From the NCBI GenBank assembly GCA_052426225.1, contig JBNJNM010000011.1:434001-498000 (forward strand): a stretch of DNA of 64,000 bases, in the 5' to 3' direction. The notes beneath the pieces were generated by a model. That model made no database searches, was not told where the DNA came from, and saw only the letters and a list, made by a program, of their open reading frames with translations. Each line of letters opens with the position of its first letter. The stretch's first letter is position 1. Below, one piece after another: positions 22,301-36,200 of this stretch. Made by a program: the position numbers and the translations under genes. The DNA is from Zancudomyces culisetae HAW-14-8. Lineage: Eukaryota > Fungi > Kickxellomycota.

Positions 22301-25300
22301 CGTTGGAAATAACTGGGTCTGAGGGTAGGGTCAACGGAAATAGAGAAGATAGTAATAATATAAAAACCATGTATATCACAGGATATGTGCTAAATCTGCT
22401 TGATTACCCATCCGAGGTGCGCAGAGTTCCTGTTGTACTTGAGCTGAGCAGGGACTATTTGAAAATATGTGAATTAGTCCCAACAATTGGTTTTTTAAAC
22501 ATGGTTCCAGTACACTGCAACAAAATCATCAAGATTTCTAATATTATTGGACTGGATATTATGTCACTGGATTCCATCTCTGCAGGGACCAGAAATGATG
22601 AATACCTACCAAGATCAATTAATTCCCAGCAATCTAAGGGTGTGAAAAGCTGGGCAGTGTCTCACTACAATACTAACAAAGCCAAATATTTATCCACAAG
22701 CGCCCACGTTAGAAGAACAGATACTTTTGTAAATATGGATAGAAAAAAATGCATAAACATCAAGCTGATGGATAGCCAATATTATACGCTTCAAAGAAAT
22801 ATTGTAATCCAGACCCTGGACATAAAAGAGCGGCACTTTTTTGGAATGGTCAGGGCATCAAAGATATTTCACAATATGTACTATTCGGTTCATGGTGGTG
22901 AAATGATAGGTTACCGACCAAGTAAAACCCCATACGGGCCATTAAAAACCCCACTTGATTTTTCAGCATACCTACTTCTTGTACATGTACTTTCAATGGC
23001 AAACAACAACCACCATTCAGATTCGGAAATCCGATTTAAGGGTTATAACTTGCTGGCAAAGCTGGCGCCTCAGCTTGGGCTTAACCTTACAGGAATCCTA
23101 ATTGAACACGATGTCGATGATGGGCATAAACAGCTGAGGGGGGTTACGCACTACATTCCACCAACTTCGGAATATTACACCAGCTGTATCTCCAAAATGT
23201 TATCGCATGAATCTATTGATCTGATTATAGAGCTGTTTAAATTGTCAATTGACTGCTTTCGGCAGCTAACTTCAGATTCTAAGAGACACTTTTTGTTTGT
23301 CTTTGTAAAGGAGTACACAAGGACCTTTGTGGATTTGTTTTTCGATACTGACGCTAACAAATACAAAAACACAAATTTGAATATTGACTTTATAAACAAT
23401 AATGAAAATGGCATTATCGTGGAATTTATAAATGCCATCATCACCTTATCAATCAGAGATGCAAATGTGCGGATGTACATGATCAAATATATTTGGCCAT
23501 CGATGTTGTCTTCAGACCACAGCAGCAACAGTTCATTAAAGAAGGTTAAAATTATGGACTTGTTTATCGACTCACTCATCAATGTTGCAAGTACGTTTTT
23601 AACGCCATTGGAACAATTCGTTAACTCTGATATAATTTTGGCACTCGAACAAATTATACTGTACATTTCTAGTGTCAACTCATATAATACAGTATATCTA
23701 ATTCAGTCGCTTACTCAGTTTTTGACAGTAATAATTTCTGACCCACCTACCAAAAAACTTGAAATGCACGCAAAATACCCGCAGATAGTTGCTATGGCAG
23801 TGCTTTTACGTCCGCTTACATTTAGTAATCCAAATCTAATATACAACAACTATGCCGAACTTATATTTATTATTGGGGTGGTCAATGCTGCATGCTGTGA
23901 GATCCAAAACGCAGCTCCACTAGACAAAATAATTTATGATATAGCCTGCAACACACTTCAATCCATCAAGCTACTTTATCAAGGAATCTTTGGTACCGTC
24001 CTTTCCGGTAAAAACACACTCAAATCTGCTAGCTACAGTGCCATCCTTGAGCTTCTTGACAATTTATTATATAACCCCCAGGTTAAAGCTGCATTTGGGT
24101 TACCGACCTGCGTCGTACAGCCACATCAATCCTCCTTTTCCCTTTCATACTCACCCTCACCCTCACCCTCACCCTCATCCTTCCAACCCCATTCTCAGCC
24201 TCACTTTCTGCCCTACTCACACCCATACACATCTTCACCCTCTTTTTCTCATTCCCCATCAACCGTATCTTTGTCACTACCGTTTATTTCTTCGTCTTTC
24301 TGTATGCCTAAAACGTCATTTAATGTATTTTCAGTGGCTGCCGATGCAGTAAACGAACTTTCAATAAGCTCACCGCTTACAGCAGAATCATCAGTAGTAG
24401 CTCCAAAACCGGCGGCAATTGCGGCAAGGATTGATCTAATATCCAGGTTAAATCTTATATACAAGGACATCTTACTGGCCATAACATTCATTCCAATGTT
24501 TAATTCGACTCAACCACCTTCCTCCTTCTCCTCCTCAGCTCCTTTAGGCCTATATCGTGACTTATACCATATCGGTTTTCTGTGGAGGAATAAGTTGTCA
24601 ACACTGCTATCTTCAACAATGTTTTCCTTTAACCCCATTACACAACCCAGTTGCTTTGTCATGTTTGGCCTTCTCTTCCATGCATCATCTTCAATTACCA
24701 CTGTCAAAAATAACAACAGCACCATTATATATCCGCCAAGCTATTCAACTCAAGATATTTCAAAGACATACACAAGCGATATTACTAACATGCTCATCTC
24801 CCGCTATTTCTATTGTTTGCAGCGCTCTCTCTTTGTGTTTTCACCTTTGAATGCCACCTTGCCCGTTTGCATTGTCTACTCGCTGTCACAACTTGTCAGC
24901 CCAAAAAATAACAACTCGAATACTATTGATCCAGACATTTTGATAAAAATATTTTGGACTTCGGCTTCTTTGCTGAGAATTGGGCATGTTTGCTTATTTC
25001 ACATGTCAATAAAACTAATGTCAAATACCCTACTGTTACTTCTGCCATACATCTCATTCACTATGGACAATATTTCTTGTAAGAATCAAATCCACGAGAT
25101 TGAAAAAGCTTCCAAGAGTAAGGACATTGGAAGTACCAAGCACGATATTACTGAATCTATTGTATTCGAATTTCTTCTCAACAACCGATCCTCGGTGCAC
25201 TCGGAACTTCTTTTCAAGCTTGATAGTCTTTTGGGTGTTTATTATGATTCAGATTTTGTATCCAGTTTGGTCTACACAATTTCTTTACCCTTGCTATCAA

Positions 25301-27687
25301 CCAATTACTACAAATCCAGTTCAAAAACCATACTGACCCAGCTCGATGCCTTAGTGCACGATTCGCATAGGTTTATCTCCCTACTCTTTCTTTTGCACTA
25401 TCCGGATACCTTTGATGACGAATATCTGAACTCATTTGAGTTTGTAAATTTGCTTAAATCTGGCAATAACATTATAAATGGCAATCTTGTCGCGAACACT
25501 AAGAAAAACAGTAGTGTTTTGTTACCCTTGTACATATATCTAAACTTTGAGCCTTCTTCGACTGGCATCCAAAATTCCGATATCCTAAACGTACTCTACC
25601 ACAAACTAGCTAGCTTTGATAAATCAGCATTGATAGACCTTATCTGCAAGCATACAGCCTCTAAACACACCTCATCTCCAGAAATTACAAGCTCAATCGA
25701 TACTATTGCCTTTTATTTGTACTGTGTTGTATCAGTACTCTGTATTTCAGATCTTAACCCCCCCAGTTTGCGCTCCAAAAACATCTTGAAACGATTAGCA
25801 TTGCTTTTAGTTGAGCTAGAAAATCAAAATATATCCTCTCCTCTTTTGAACACTGTTTGTGGTATCTTGATGGACTGGTATCTTTCCTTGGAGTTAGATA
25901 TAGAGTTTGACGTGGAATTGGATGAATTTACCACGTCTAAGAACATGTCTGAATGCGGCAGCCCTAGCACCTTTGGACCTGACTTAGAGTTTTATCGCCT
26001 ATTTAACCTACTAAGTTCAAAAATTATACCGAGTTATGCAACTTCTCTCAAACCACAAGTTCTAAAAGTTAAGGAGCACACAACAAATACACAAAGCTTT
26101 AACCATCAATATTCTTTTTCTCCAATCAAGAAATTCATTACCTCAAACATCGTAGGTAATTCTCATGCACCCGAAAGCTTGGCCACCCTACCTAACACTA
26201 AAACAAAGAATCCCGTCAAATTAAAACTAGCTTTCGACTCAAATGTTACGAAAGCAGGACAACCTAAGGTAAAAAAGTCACTCGCTCAATCCAACCACTT
26301 GCCACCATCGGCTGCCTTCTACAATAATTCACCTGATTCCATTTTCAATTTATCTGCGCATTCAGATCGGCCAACTTCACTTTTTTCTTCAAAACAGGCT
26401 ATTTCTACCAATTTTACCTCCAAACGGTCACTTTCATCCATGAAGGTGCTACCAGAACAGAAAGCGAATGGTCCTTCCCATACTCATATTCATAGTCGTA
26501 ATTCTAGCCTTGGCAACAAGTCCCTTGGTATCGCCACTTCTACTCCCTCTGCCGACGTTCACCTTAACAGTCATCCAGCCCAGTCTAAACATAACAGCTT
26601 CAATACCTCGCAATCCTACTCTAAAATACCCATAAACACTTCACCGTCTCCCAATGCGTCGACTCGCAGACACCCCCTAAATATTCAGTCTCTTTTCTCC
26701 TCCCCGACCTCAGCAGCCTCCGGTAGCACTTTTAGTTCTATAACTATCTCCCCAAATGCATCAACTACTGAGAATTTGGAGGTTGGTGTAGATGGTAACA
26801 CCTCGTTCTCAAGAGACTCCACCATTATCAATCATTCATCTTCAAATCTCTACAGTATCAACGCCTTACTCAAAAAAAAGTTTTCTTTGAATGGCGTAAG
26901 TAACAGTGTTGATGCTCACCTAAATAACCTTACCTCTAAATCAAACAATTCATCTGCAGCCGTTTCCCTTGGAAATTTGCATTCGCTAAATGCGAGCTAT
27001 TTGCATAGCTCTGCCATACACCAAAACACACCCTTACCAATCCGTGCAAGTACACTAACAAGTGTTTCTCAGGTTCCTTCGACCTCTTTGGGCAGTTCAA
27101 CAAGATATACTCCTACATTGATATCACAGCCCCAGCAGTCATGCTCAATTCAACCCATCAGCCGCACGGACCTGGGACTTCCGCAAAGCTATCTCGGTAA
27201 CTACGCTGACGCCCATTTTGCAAAGCCTAGAACACACACTAGTGACACTCCTGTATCTTTTGAATCATCAGATATTGCGACTATTGCAGCAAATTTACAT
27301 GTCCCTGGTGTTCTTTTACTTGTCGAAAACTTTGTTTGTTTCATAAACGCCAGCCTGCCGAACACACTGCCAACCACTCTTGTAAACCCTACATCATTTA
27401 CCCCTTCACCACTGTTCGAGCCCACCGACCTCAACATTTTTTTCTTATTATACGCCTTTTCTTCATCGATCCCCAAACATACATTACGGCACAACAACAA
27501 AGCTGATATACTAAATTCCACTACTAGCTACGATTTACAAACCTCCCAGCTCTCCCTGGCTTCCACACCATCATCTCTATTGATGCAAAACTCATTTTTT
27601 TCTCCCTCCTCCCAGCAGTTACACACTTCAAATAGTTTTGATTTTTCGCAGATAACCCTATTGGTTTCCGAAATTATTGATTCTTGA
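16314..27687 (+). CDS. NF1: Neurofibromin/Ira-family RasGAP-like protein, divergent; join(16314..16364,16463..16609,16702..27687)
   Basis: Collinear NF1-like segments: ILSNLAASNCWMGL, LMALLSTCP...VEHEISSSFHYTKIFKKSTFANRL (GRD), AIGWLIFVKIVCP, IRFKGYNLLAKL, HYIPPTSEYYTSCISKML, FNPITQPSCFVMFG, IFWTSASLLRIG. Two upstream exons join in frame through GTAGGT..AG and GTAAGT..AG introns. Confidence 0.85.
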
Positions 27688-29204
27688 TTATTTTAGGTTT
27701 AATATCTTGGAATACACTCTAACACGCTTATTCACCAGAATAATTATTATAAAATTTACACCAGAACTCATACTATCGACTTTAGGTATATAGATCGATA
27801 ATTATATACTCATACACCCTATATACCTAAATGTAATGATAAATGTTATATTCTATAGTTTTGACCATTTAAACAAAATTTTAATTACCACTACTAAATG
27901 CCAATTTATAAAGTCAGCTTTATGCTCTATAATTTGTAGGCACGAACCATGTTGTTATTTCACTTTAATCATGGTCAATCTTTATGAGCTATACCGCTAC
28001 CATTGCTAATTTTAATTAATTCTAGTTATCAAGCAACTGAATGAGTTGTTTAGTAATATTCTGGTGATACTAGATTATTCCCGACTAGCATGTTACTCGC
28101 TAGTATGTTGCCTACATATAACATTTTTGTTTTTGTTTTCTAATTTTTGGGACTAGCAAACTTTTCATACCCAAAAATATATACAGTTAATTTTAGATAA
28201 AACATGCTTACCAACTTATAGCTGTTAATTATGGTATAATGTATTTTTAGTTGTACCAAATATACTGTTCTACGTTTTTTTTATGTGTAGTCCTGTGATA
28301 ACTACGATATATATTGCTCAATAACCTGCAACTGATTTGTTTCGAAAAAGCGTAAATAAGGATAAATACTGCTACTAAATGTTTAATACCAACATCAATT
28401 AGATTAGACAATACTAATAAAAAACTACAGACTTACTCTCCTGAGAAAGAAAATTTCCAAGAATGCGCGTATCAAGTTACACATTGGTCTGGTCACCCAG
28501 CTTTTTTCGGATACTCAAACTCTGCTAGTATCAGGCCATTGCAACAACCATGATAATGACCAAGACAAGACTTCTCAATCAACTTTTCACGCCAAGGTAT
28601 TCTCGGGATACCATTTTTCAGGAGATGTGATAAATAGCTTCCAAATGAAAAAACACGAGTGTTATAATGTTGAACAAGGCACCTCAGCACACATTATTAA
28701 TTCAACGAATACATCTGAAACATTGTTCAGTTTTAGGGGAAACGACTATAAGGGTGTGCATGCACAGTAAACACCGATTTTTTAAAAACAAGTTTATGGA
28801 ACTTCAAAGTGAATCTCAGGTCTGGTTCACATTCAATAAAATGGGTATCATATGGTCAAGCCCCTAACGAGTAAGCTTGCAAAGCTTTTCTCTAAGTAGG
28901 ACATATCTTAGAGCCAAGTTTTTTTCTTGCACTAAATTTTTCAGCTATAATAATCCTGGTCCTACAGGCCATTAAGAGCTTCTATTTGGGCAATAAACTC
29001 GTAGCGGAAAAAAGATCGATTTATAAACTGCTACTTTACTTTAACTCCAAGTGTCGGTTAGAATATATGATCGACTCGTGTGTAAAACGACTCATTGTAC
29101 TTATGTATAGTTAAAAGTTATTTTTATTTAAATAACATTAAATTCCTATAAAATTGAGTATGATTGGGACAAACACGATAAAGTGAGTTTCCAGGAGTGG
29201 AAAA

Positions 29205-29648
29205 TTACCAGTAGTATCCATAGTATGGGTATCCGTAGTATGGGTATCGATATCCGTAGTATGGGTAACGATATCCATAGTATCCGTACCACCAACGATC
29301 ATCAGTTTCATTTCCTGCATTGCTGCCATCTGCTGGGGCATCAACAGTTTGAGCGGATTCATCTCCTGCATCGCTGCCATCTGCTGGGGCATCAACGGCT
29401 TGAGCGGATTCATCGTCAGCTGGAGGAGCTTCTTCCTCCTCCTCGTCAGCACGCTTTCTGTAGGCTGGTGCGGCAAAGCGTCTGTTAAAGGCTGGGCGGC
29501 GAAGTGGAGCATATCTTCCATAGTCTTGGACTTGTCCCATTGGTGGTTGCATAGGACCAACATTTGCTCTTGGTCTTGGGGCGACTGCAGCATTTACTGA
29601 TACTGTGGCAACTGCGGCTGTAAGAAGTGCGAGTGTTGACTTTACCAT
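29205..29648 (-). CDS. Small secreted protein with acidic 17-aa repeat and Tyr/Gly/Trp-rich C-terminal tail (147 aa)
   Basis: Hydrophobic signal peptide MVKSTLALLTAAVATVSVNA; RR and RKR sites; 51-bp tandem repeat (29314 vs 29365); tail WWYGYYGYRYPYYGYRYPYYGYPYYGYYW; A-rich start context. Confidence 0.8.
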   Translation of the reverse strand: MVKSTLALLTAAVATVSVNAAVAPRPRANVGPMQPPMGQVQDYGRYAPLRRPAFNRRFAAPAYRKRADEEEEEAPPADDESAQAVDAPADGSDAGDESAQTVDAPADGSNAGNETDDRWWYGYYGYRYPYYGYRYPYYGYPYYGYYW

Positions 29649-31810
29649 TTTTGAAACTTAATTGTAGATATCGTTTTGGATAGCTAATGCACTGATGCTA
29701 TATGCTAATGATTGTATTTTTACTTTGAATTGTACTTGAAGTATTTTCAATTGTTGTTGGTTTTTTATTTTTACAGTGACATCTTGACCCTTTTATACCT
29801 TTTCTTTAATCTGCTTTTTCTTCTATAACGTTCTTAAAACTCTATTAAAGTGATGTTCTGTAGCATTTTTAATAGAGCCCTGTATGAGTATTCTAATTTT
29901 AGGAGCATTAAAAACAACCTGGTTACAATGATATCGTGCTAAATTTAGGCTATCTGGCATGTAATCTGAAGCGAGTTATGTAATATATTGTTTCCAACCG
30001 TTCTTGTGACGACTTTTGAATTTTTTAACCACTAGCACTATGTAACAGTGTCTTTATAACAAGTTAATCGTCGTCAATATACAGTTGCATGTAGCATTTT
30101 GTTTTGGGTAAATTCAACGCCATCATAGCCGATATATAAATAGCTTTGTAATTATTACCTAATCTCAATTTTTTCTTTGTCTTGCCAGATTTTCAACTTA
30201 CAGCTTTTACGCATATTCTAAAAATAGAAAGTTCATATTTAGAAACAGCATTAAAAAAAGTTATGCTCCGTCCATCAGGTGCTCTTTGAAAAGTTGCAAA
30301 CAAGTTTCATTTCTATGAACATTCATAACATGTTATCCCCCCCACCCTATTTTCACTATTTTTTGAGTAGAGGATGGTACTGATACTGGTGGGTTAGTAA
30401 ATAGTGTACTAAATTTAATTCAGAACTTAAAGTGTCTATTTCTGAGGCTTCCCCTTGCTCTAATGAAAGCATCTGATTTTTCTAACAAAACTTGGGGAGT
30501 TGGGTATTATAATAGGCGGCAAGTAATTCCAATTTTTTAAGCCTTTAATAAGGCAAAGTTTCTTGTTTAAAATATATGGTGGTAATATTAGATTTATGTT
30601 TTAAAATAAATCATAAAATTATCACAATACACAATATATCTAATATTGAGGATACTCAACTTACCTAATATATGAGATTTCTAATCCATTTGGTTTCGTC
30701 AGTTATTTTAGAACTCAAAATAACATCAAGTGTCAAGTATTGTTAGCAGATAAAGCAAGCAATTTAGAGGTATCCAAATCGCAACTTTGGGAATCCATAT
30801 TGCTTTTTTCTACATTGTATTTAACCATGGCATATTAAATATCACCCACTATTGGTGGACAATGAGAAACTAAGAGAAATACCGATTTGATTCGTCCTGT
30901 TTGGGTACCACGCAATAAATATGATGCTACTTTTTTTGCTTTATATAGTCAAGTAAATATCATAAAATGCTAAAAAGGGAATTCTACATAATATCTAACC
31001 AACTTCTCTCCGTCCCTCTAGAGATTCCATACTCACCGAGTATTAGTTCAAGGAAGTCGGCTCCCTCTTAAATCGCTTCAAGATAACTACCATGGCTTGG
31101 CAGATTCTATCCAAGAACCTCACTGTGTTTGAGTTTGGCTCAGGGTAGTATTTTGGCACCTCTCTCTTCCCAGTACAGGGTGAAAATTAAACCAGTACTT
31201 TGTACCCCCCCCCCCCCCCCCACTCCCATCTTCAAAGAGTCGATTTTACCACTACATCTTATCATTAGAAAAACCATTTGTAACTATAAGCATCAAATAG
31301 TAATTTGTATATTTTTATTTTACAACTATGGATATGCCCCATGAAAACACTTTTGAATTTTTTTATTGTCACTGATTGTTGCTTCAGACGATTCAGGGTT
31401 AGGTTTGACTAAATCAAGATATGATACTTGTTTCAATGGTTGGGCCATGCGTAGTTGTGTTCATAAGAGATTATAAAATCATTAATAGATCATTTATCCA
31501 AAACCAATGGTAGTAGAGTAGACAGAACCTTGACAACATCAAGAAGTCTGGTAATTTTTATTGGCCGAAAGTTAGTCGCTAAACTACACCAAAAAAGCTC
31601 TTTGTAGAGGAGATAGATGCGAACAGCTCTTTTTCTATTTCAACGTTTACTTTGCATTTCGAGATATTTTGTCTCTGGGACAAAAGTTAATGAGCCACAT
31701 TTATTGAAAAGGGGCAACATAGATACACTACTGAAAACAAAACAAAATAAAAACGTACATAGAGGGAAGAAGGAATAACTAAATTGCTTGAACTAACCCA
31801 TGGTTTTAAA

Positions 31811-33139
31811 TTAGAAGTATTTGGCGGTGGTGGTACGGAAGTTCTTTCCAGCATAGACAGCCTTGTCACCCAACTCTTCTTCAATGCGCAACAGTTGGTT
31901 GTACTTGGCAAGTCTCTCTGAGCGGCAAGGTGCACCAGTCTTGATTTCACCTGAGCCAAGGCCAACAACAAGGTCAGCAATGGTGGAGTCTTCGGTTTCA
32001 CCAGAGCGGTGTGAAACCATAACACCCCAGCCGTTTGCGAAGGAGTCGTTGGCAGCCTTGATAGATTCGGTAACGGTTCCGATCTGGTTAACCTTAAGCA
32101 ACAAGGCATTGCAGGACTTCTTCTCAATGGCGGTGGCGATACGTTGGGGGTTGGTTACAAGCAAGTCATCACCGACAATTTGGACAGGGATTCCAACTTC
32201 AGCGGTAATTCTGTCCCATGAGTTCCAGTCGTCTTGATCGAAGGGATCTTCAATAGAGACAATTGGGTAGTTCTTTATAAAGTCCGAGTACAAAGCAATC
32301 ATTTCGTCTGTGGATTTGTGTTGTGCAGGATCAGAGCTTGGATTCTTAAAGTCCAAGTCATATTTGCCGTTGTTGTAGAACTCTGAGGCAGCAACGTCCA
32401 TAGCAATCTCAACCTTGCCTGTGTATCCAGCCTTCTCAATAGCCTTGACGAGGAGATCCAAGCCCTCGCTGTTATCCTGGATGTTTGGTGCAAAACCACC
32501 CTCGTCTCCTACATTGGTAGCATCTTGACCGTATTTAGATTTGATGACTGATTTGAGGCTGTGGTATACCTCGGAACCAATTCTCATTGCTTCGCTAAAG
32601 GATGAGGCACCAGTTGGAAGAATCATGAATTCTTGCATAGCCAACTTGTTACCAGCATGTGAGCCTCCGTTGATGACGTTGAAGCATGGAACTGGAAGAA
32701 TGAATTTTCCGTCTTTGGTAGAGCGGCCGGACAGGTCGCTGAAGTGTTTGTAGAGAGGAACACCCTTGTTAGCTGCTCCAGCCTTGGCGGCAGCCAATGA
32801 AATTCCAAGGATGGCGTTGGCACCCATCTCCTTCTTGTTTGGGGTTCCGTCCTTCTCGAGCATGAAGGCATCAATTGCCTCTTGGTTTTCAGGCATAATA
32901 CCTGCTGCGACAAGTGCTGGGCCTAGGACCTCGTTGACGTTGCGGACTGCATTCAATACACCCTTTCCGACGTAGTCCTTTCCACCATCACGGAGCTCAT
33001 TGGCTTCGTGGATTCCAGTTGATGCACCCGATGGAACTGCGGCTCTGAAGCATCCTTTTTCAGTGTACAGATCCACCTCGACGGTTGGGTTACCGCGTGA
33101 GTCAAAGATTTGACGTGCGTGTATTCTTGTGATAGACAT
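31811..33139 (-). CDS. ENO1: Enolase (442 aa)
   Basis: [65 protein letters not shown]. Start placed at MSITRIHAR rather than the track's upstream ATG. Confidence 0.98.
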   Translation of the reverse strand: MSITRIHARQIFDSRGNPTVEVDLYTEKGCFRAAVPSGASTGIHEANELRDGGKDYVGKGVLNAVRNVNEVLGPALVAAGIMPENQEAIDAFMLEKDGTPNKKEMGANAILGISLAAAKAGAANKGVPLYKHFSDLSGRSTKDGKFILPVPCFNVINGGSHAGNKLAMQEFMILPTGASSFSEAMRIGSEVYHSLKSVIKSKYGQDATNVGDEGGFAPNIQDNSEGLDLLVKAIEKAGYTGKVEIAMDVAASEFYNNGKYDLDFKNPSSDPAQHKSTDEMIALYSDFIKNYPIVSIEDPFDQDDWNSWDRITAEVGIPVQIVGDDLLVTNPQRIATAIEKKSCNALLLKVNQIGTVTESIKAANDSFANGWGVMVSHRSGETEDSTIADLVVGLGSGEIKTGAPCRSERLAKYNQLLRIEEELGDKAVYAGKNFRTTTAKYF

Positions 33140-33143
33140 GTTT

Positions 33144-33225
33144 CTATTTATTAGAGTTGTGTATTGTTTAGTAACTTGCATGCATACTCCCTTTTTGACT
33201 ACTCTTTTAAATATTTTGTACATAC
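33144..33225 (-). other. Probable 5'-UTR intron of enolase (82 nt)
   Basis: Minus strand reads AAG|GTATGT...TACTAAAC...AATAG|AAAC-ATG: canonical donor, branch-like motif and acceptor 4 nt before the start codon. Confidence 0.7.
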
Positions 33226-36200
33226 CTTTTATGTTTTAACAATTAATGATATTGTCGCTGCTATTAGTATTAGCCTTGATAATTTTTGAGGAATTTCTCT
33301 GTTTTTGATCAGTTGCCTTTTTTTTAACTTTATATAATTTTTTTTGCCACAATTTGGCTACCAATTCCTCTAACCATTTCATATCGCAATCTTTTACCTG
33401 ATTTTTTTTTTGTTCTACCTATTGTAGCTCTGCCCATTAACATAAATTACTTTTTTTGCGGTGTTGAATTCAAATATGCAGTCATTTTCACAGAAAAATA
33501 CTTAGAAATCAGCAGCTATCAAATCAAATTACACCAATTTGCGTAAACAAAAAGACGACAAATAACTATTCCACAATAAATTGCGTAGCTGAATTTAAAA
33601 CTTTTTTTTTGCTGCCCATTTTTTGTTATCTCTGGGGTTTATTCCACTAGTTTCGAAAAAAATCTAGTGCATGGATTTTCTTTTTAGCGAGCATCATTCT
33701 ATCTGCATCTTGCCTTGTCAAGTCAAAACATGCAAAAAACAAAAAAACAAAAAAAAGGCATATTTGTTTACTTTTATTGCATATTTGTTTTTTCAATTTT
33801 TTTTTTAACAAAAAGTGTCAAATTTTTATGCATGTTTTATTTTCAGTGTCAAATAGTAAGTTTTATGACACTTTCGCTCGATTTTTTTTTGGTTTTGGGG
33901 GGGTTCTTTGGGTAATCTGGTGTCAAGAAGAGCATGGTTAAAAGAATGATAAAACTACATAAATGGCGTTTGTACCAATAATAGTCAAAGCGTTTCAAAT
34001 CAATATTGCGTGTTCAATATTCAATATACCTGTTTTTCTGATGCTATCTTTGTAGACACTTCTTTTGTCATCGTTTTAGTTTGAATTTTCCTGCTATTCG
34101 GCAAAATAATACTAAAAGCTTAGTAGGGCTAAATCAACCAATTCTACCTTAAACCAAGGAGAAAAGGGCTAGTCATGACACCCAAGCTCTCCTAGCAACA
34201 CCATGTTTATTATGCTTGTATAACTACGGAAAGCAGTATTTCTGATATCGGGAATCTGGTATGTCAGCACCCATTGTTCACACAATATAAATAATAGGAC
34301 TACTCAGCCTACTTTTACCCCTATTTCATTCTCTACCTCAACTGAAGAGTCAAGACAATGTGAAATCTGGCCCCATAGAATTTATAGTCGAACCCCACTG
34401 TAAAAAGGGGTGGTGAGTAGTGAGGGGTGATTGATGAGGAGGATTCTTATCTATTAAATGAAAAAAGACTACGTATCACTATATCTTACATAACAAACCT
34501 TATTACCAAAACAAAAATTAGCTTATCCAACTTTCTACATCAGTATTTACAGGAGGATTATATAAAAAACCTAGCCACTTTATTATTTCCAGAACATTCT
34601 TTTTACAAACTGGAGTAAAATAAAGGCAATATTGATGTTGGCTCAACACTAAAAATGGTGACTGCTGTATCGATCGTCATCAAATAATAGCTTTAGTGGG
34701 ATGTATCTGATCACTCTTTTAATTCTAGTATGTACAACAAAAAGTCCCTTATAATACAAGTCCATATAGCCGCACAAACAAGGATAAGCTATGAATACGA
34801 CTAAAAGGATAGATACAAAGACCTGTTTTAAAAGTAAAACTGGCAATTATTTGTTTTTACAAGTGCTCGATGCACAAGAACCTATACTAGCTAATGGGGT
34901 CTTTAGGTTTTATTTGATATCCTTTCTAACCTCCAATAGCAGTTTACCAGTAGGGCTTAAGAACGCTTTGTAGGTCACAATTCTTTGAATAATCAAAGAT
35001 GGGCTCAAAAACTTTGTTAAATGACTTAACGGGTTTTTCTAACTGTGTTGTCCTTTTCAACTCTCATTTTATTAATTCCAGTGGCTGGGTGATAGGTGGA
35101 ATATGGTATTAAAAAATAAAAGATACAAAAAAAGCAAAAATGTTTGGTTTTGGTGAGATGTCCCTATTATCTAAATTGCTTTGCTATTATTAATTACATT
35201 AGGTCGGATGCACCATTAATGGTCATAATTGTGGTATCATTTGGAGTGGATTTATATTTATTGACCTATGAAAAACAACTAGTGTCTTATAAACTCGCTA
35301 AGAGTGGGCATATATCCTATCGATAAATCGATAAGGTTTGCTCTTTTTTTTGGTTTTCGCGAAAGAGCTAAAGATATTACAAATGGAGATTCAAATCTAA
35401 CAATAAAAAAAAAGCGAAATGGTGCAATATATTTTATTTTTGAGAACCGAAAAATTAATAGCGTATACTAGAACACGTTTTGTTAATTTTTATTTGTTGG
35501 GGGAGAAGGAGGAGGTAGAAAGTGGAAAATTCAAATTATATTTTTAAATAAAAGAAACATGTATATTCTGTACACTAAATATTGCGGGGGTGGGAGTGGG
35601 GGTGGGGGTAAGATGAGGAGGGGAATTGGCATTCATTATTGTTATAAACTAACTATTGGTGGATTGGAGTATCGAGCTTCTTTTAAAACGCATGATGGCA
35701 TATATCTGATTCTTTGTCAAAATATCAGGCAATTATAGGGATAAAATTTTTTTGTATGGAGGTGATGATTTTTTCGGATTAATTTGCAGAAAGAAAAGAG
35801 GTGGGATTTCCATGTAGTGGAATGGTATGATGGTTGGTGAGCAGATGTATTGGTATATTACGTAATAGCATAGTAAATTAAGAGGAAGAATAAATATTGG
35901 GACAATGCTGTTTGGTTGGTACATGAGATAGAAAGACTGGAGGGCCAAGGAAATACCTATTTTTCATAACAAAAATCTTATGGTGATGGCCTTTGTCCAG
36001 GTACTAGGTATGGTGATGGTTGAAAACGCTTCTAAAAGAAATAGAAAATGAGACCAGGAAAATACGGAATTAGAGCGAATGATGTAAAGTAAAGAAAGAA
36101 AAGAAAAAAGCTGATGAACAGGCGAGTCGAGTATTTTCTTTGAAAATTCAACACGTTACTGCTTAAAGTGTTATTACGCTTCTTATTGCTGATTTGAGTC

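Noticed and set aside
28493-28867. Short ORFs in moderately GC-rich DNA between the neurofibromin-like and Tyr-rich genes
   Set aside because: No recognisable motif or consistent splice model.
29138-29600. Overlapping alternative-frame ORFs (151, 101, 83 aa)
   Set aside because: Shadows of the repetitive 147-aa secreted gene, which alone has a signal peptide and good start context.
34200-34670. Possible decayed gag/protease relic (KIKAIL then DVGST across a frameshift)
   Set aside because: Too short and needs frameshifts; cannot be separated from chance without a BLASTX search.
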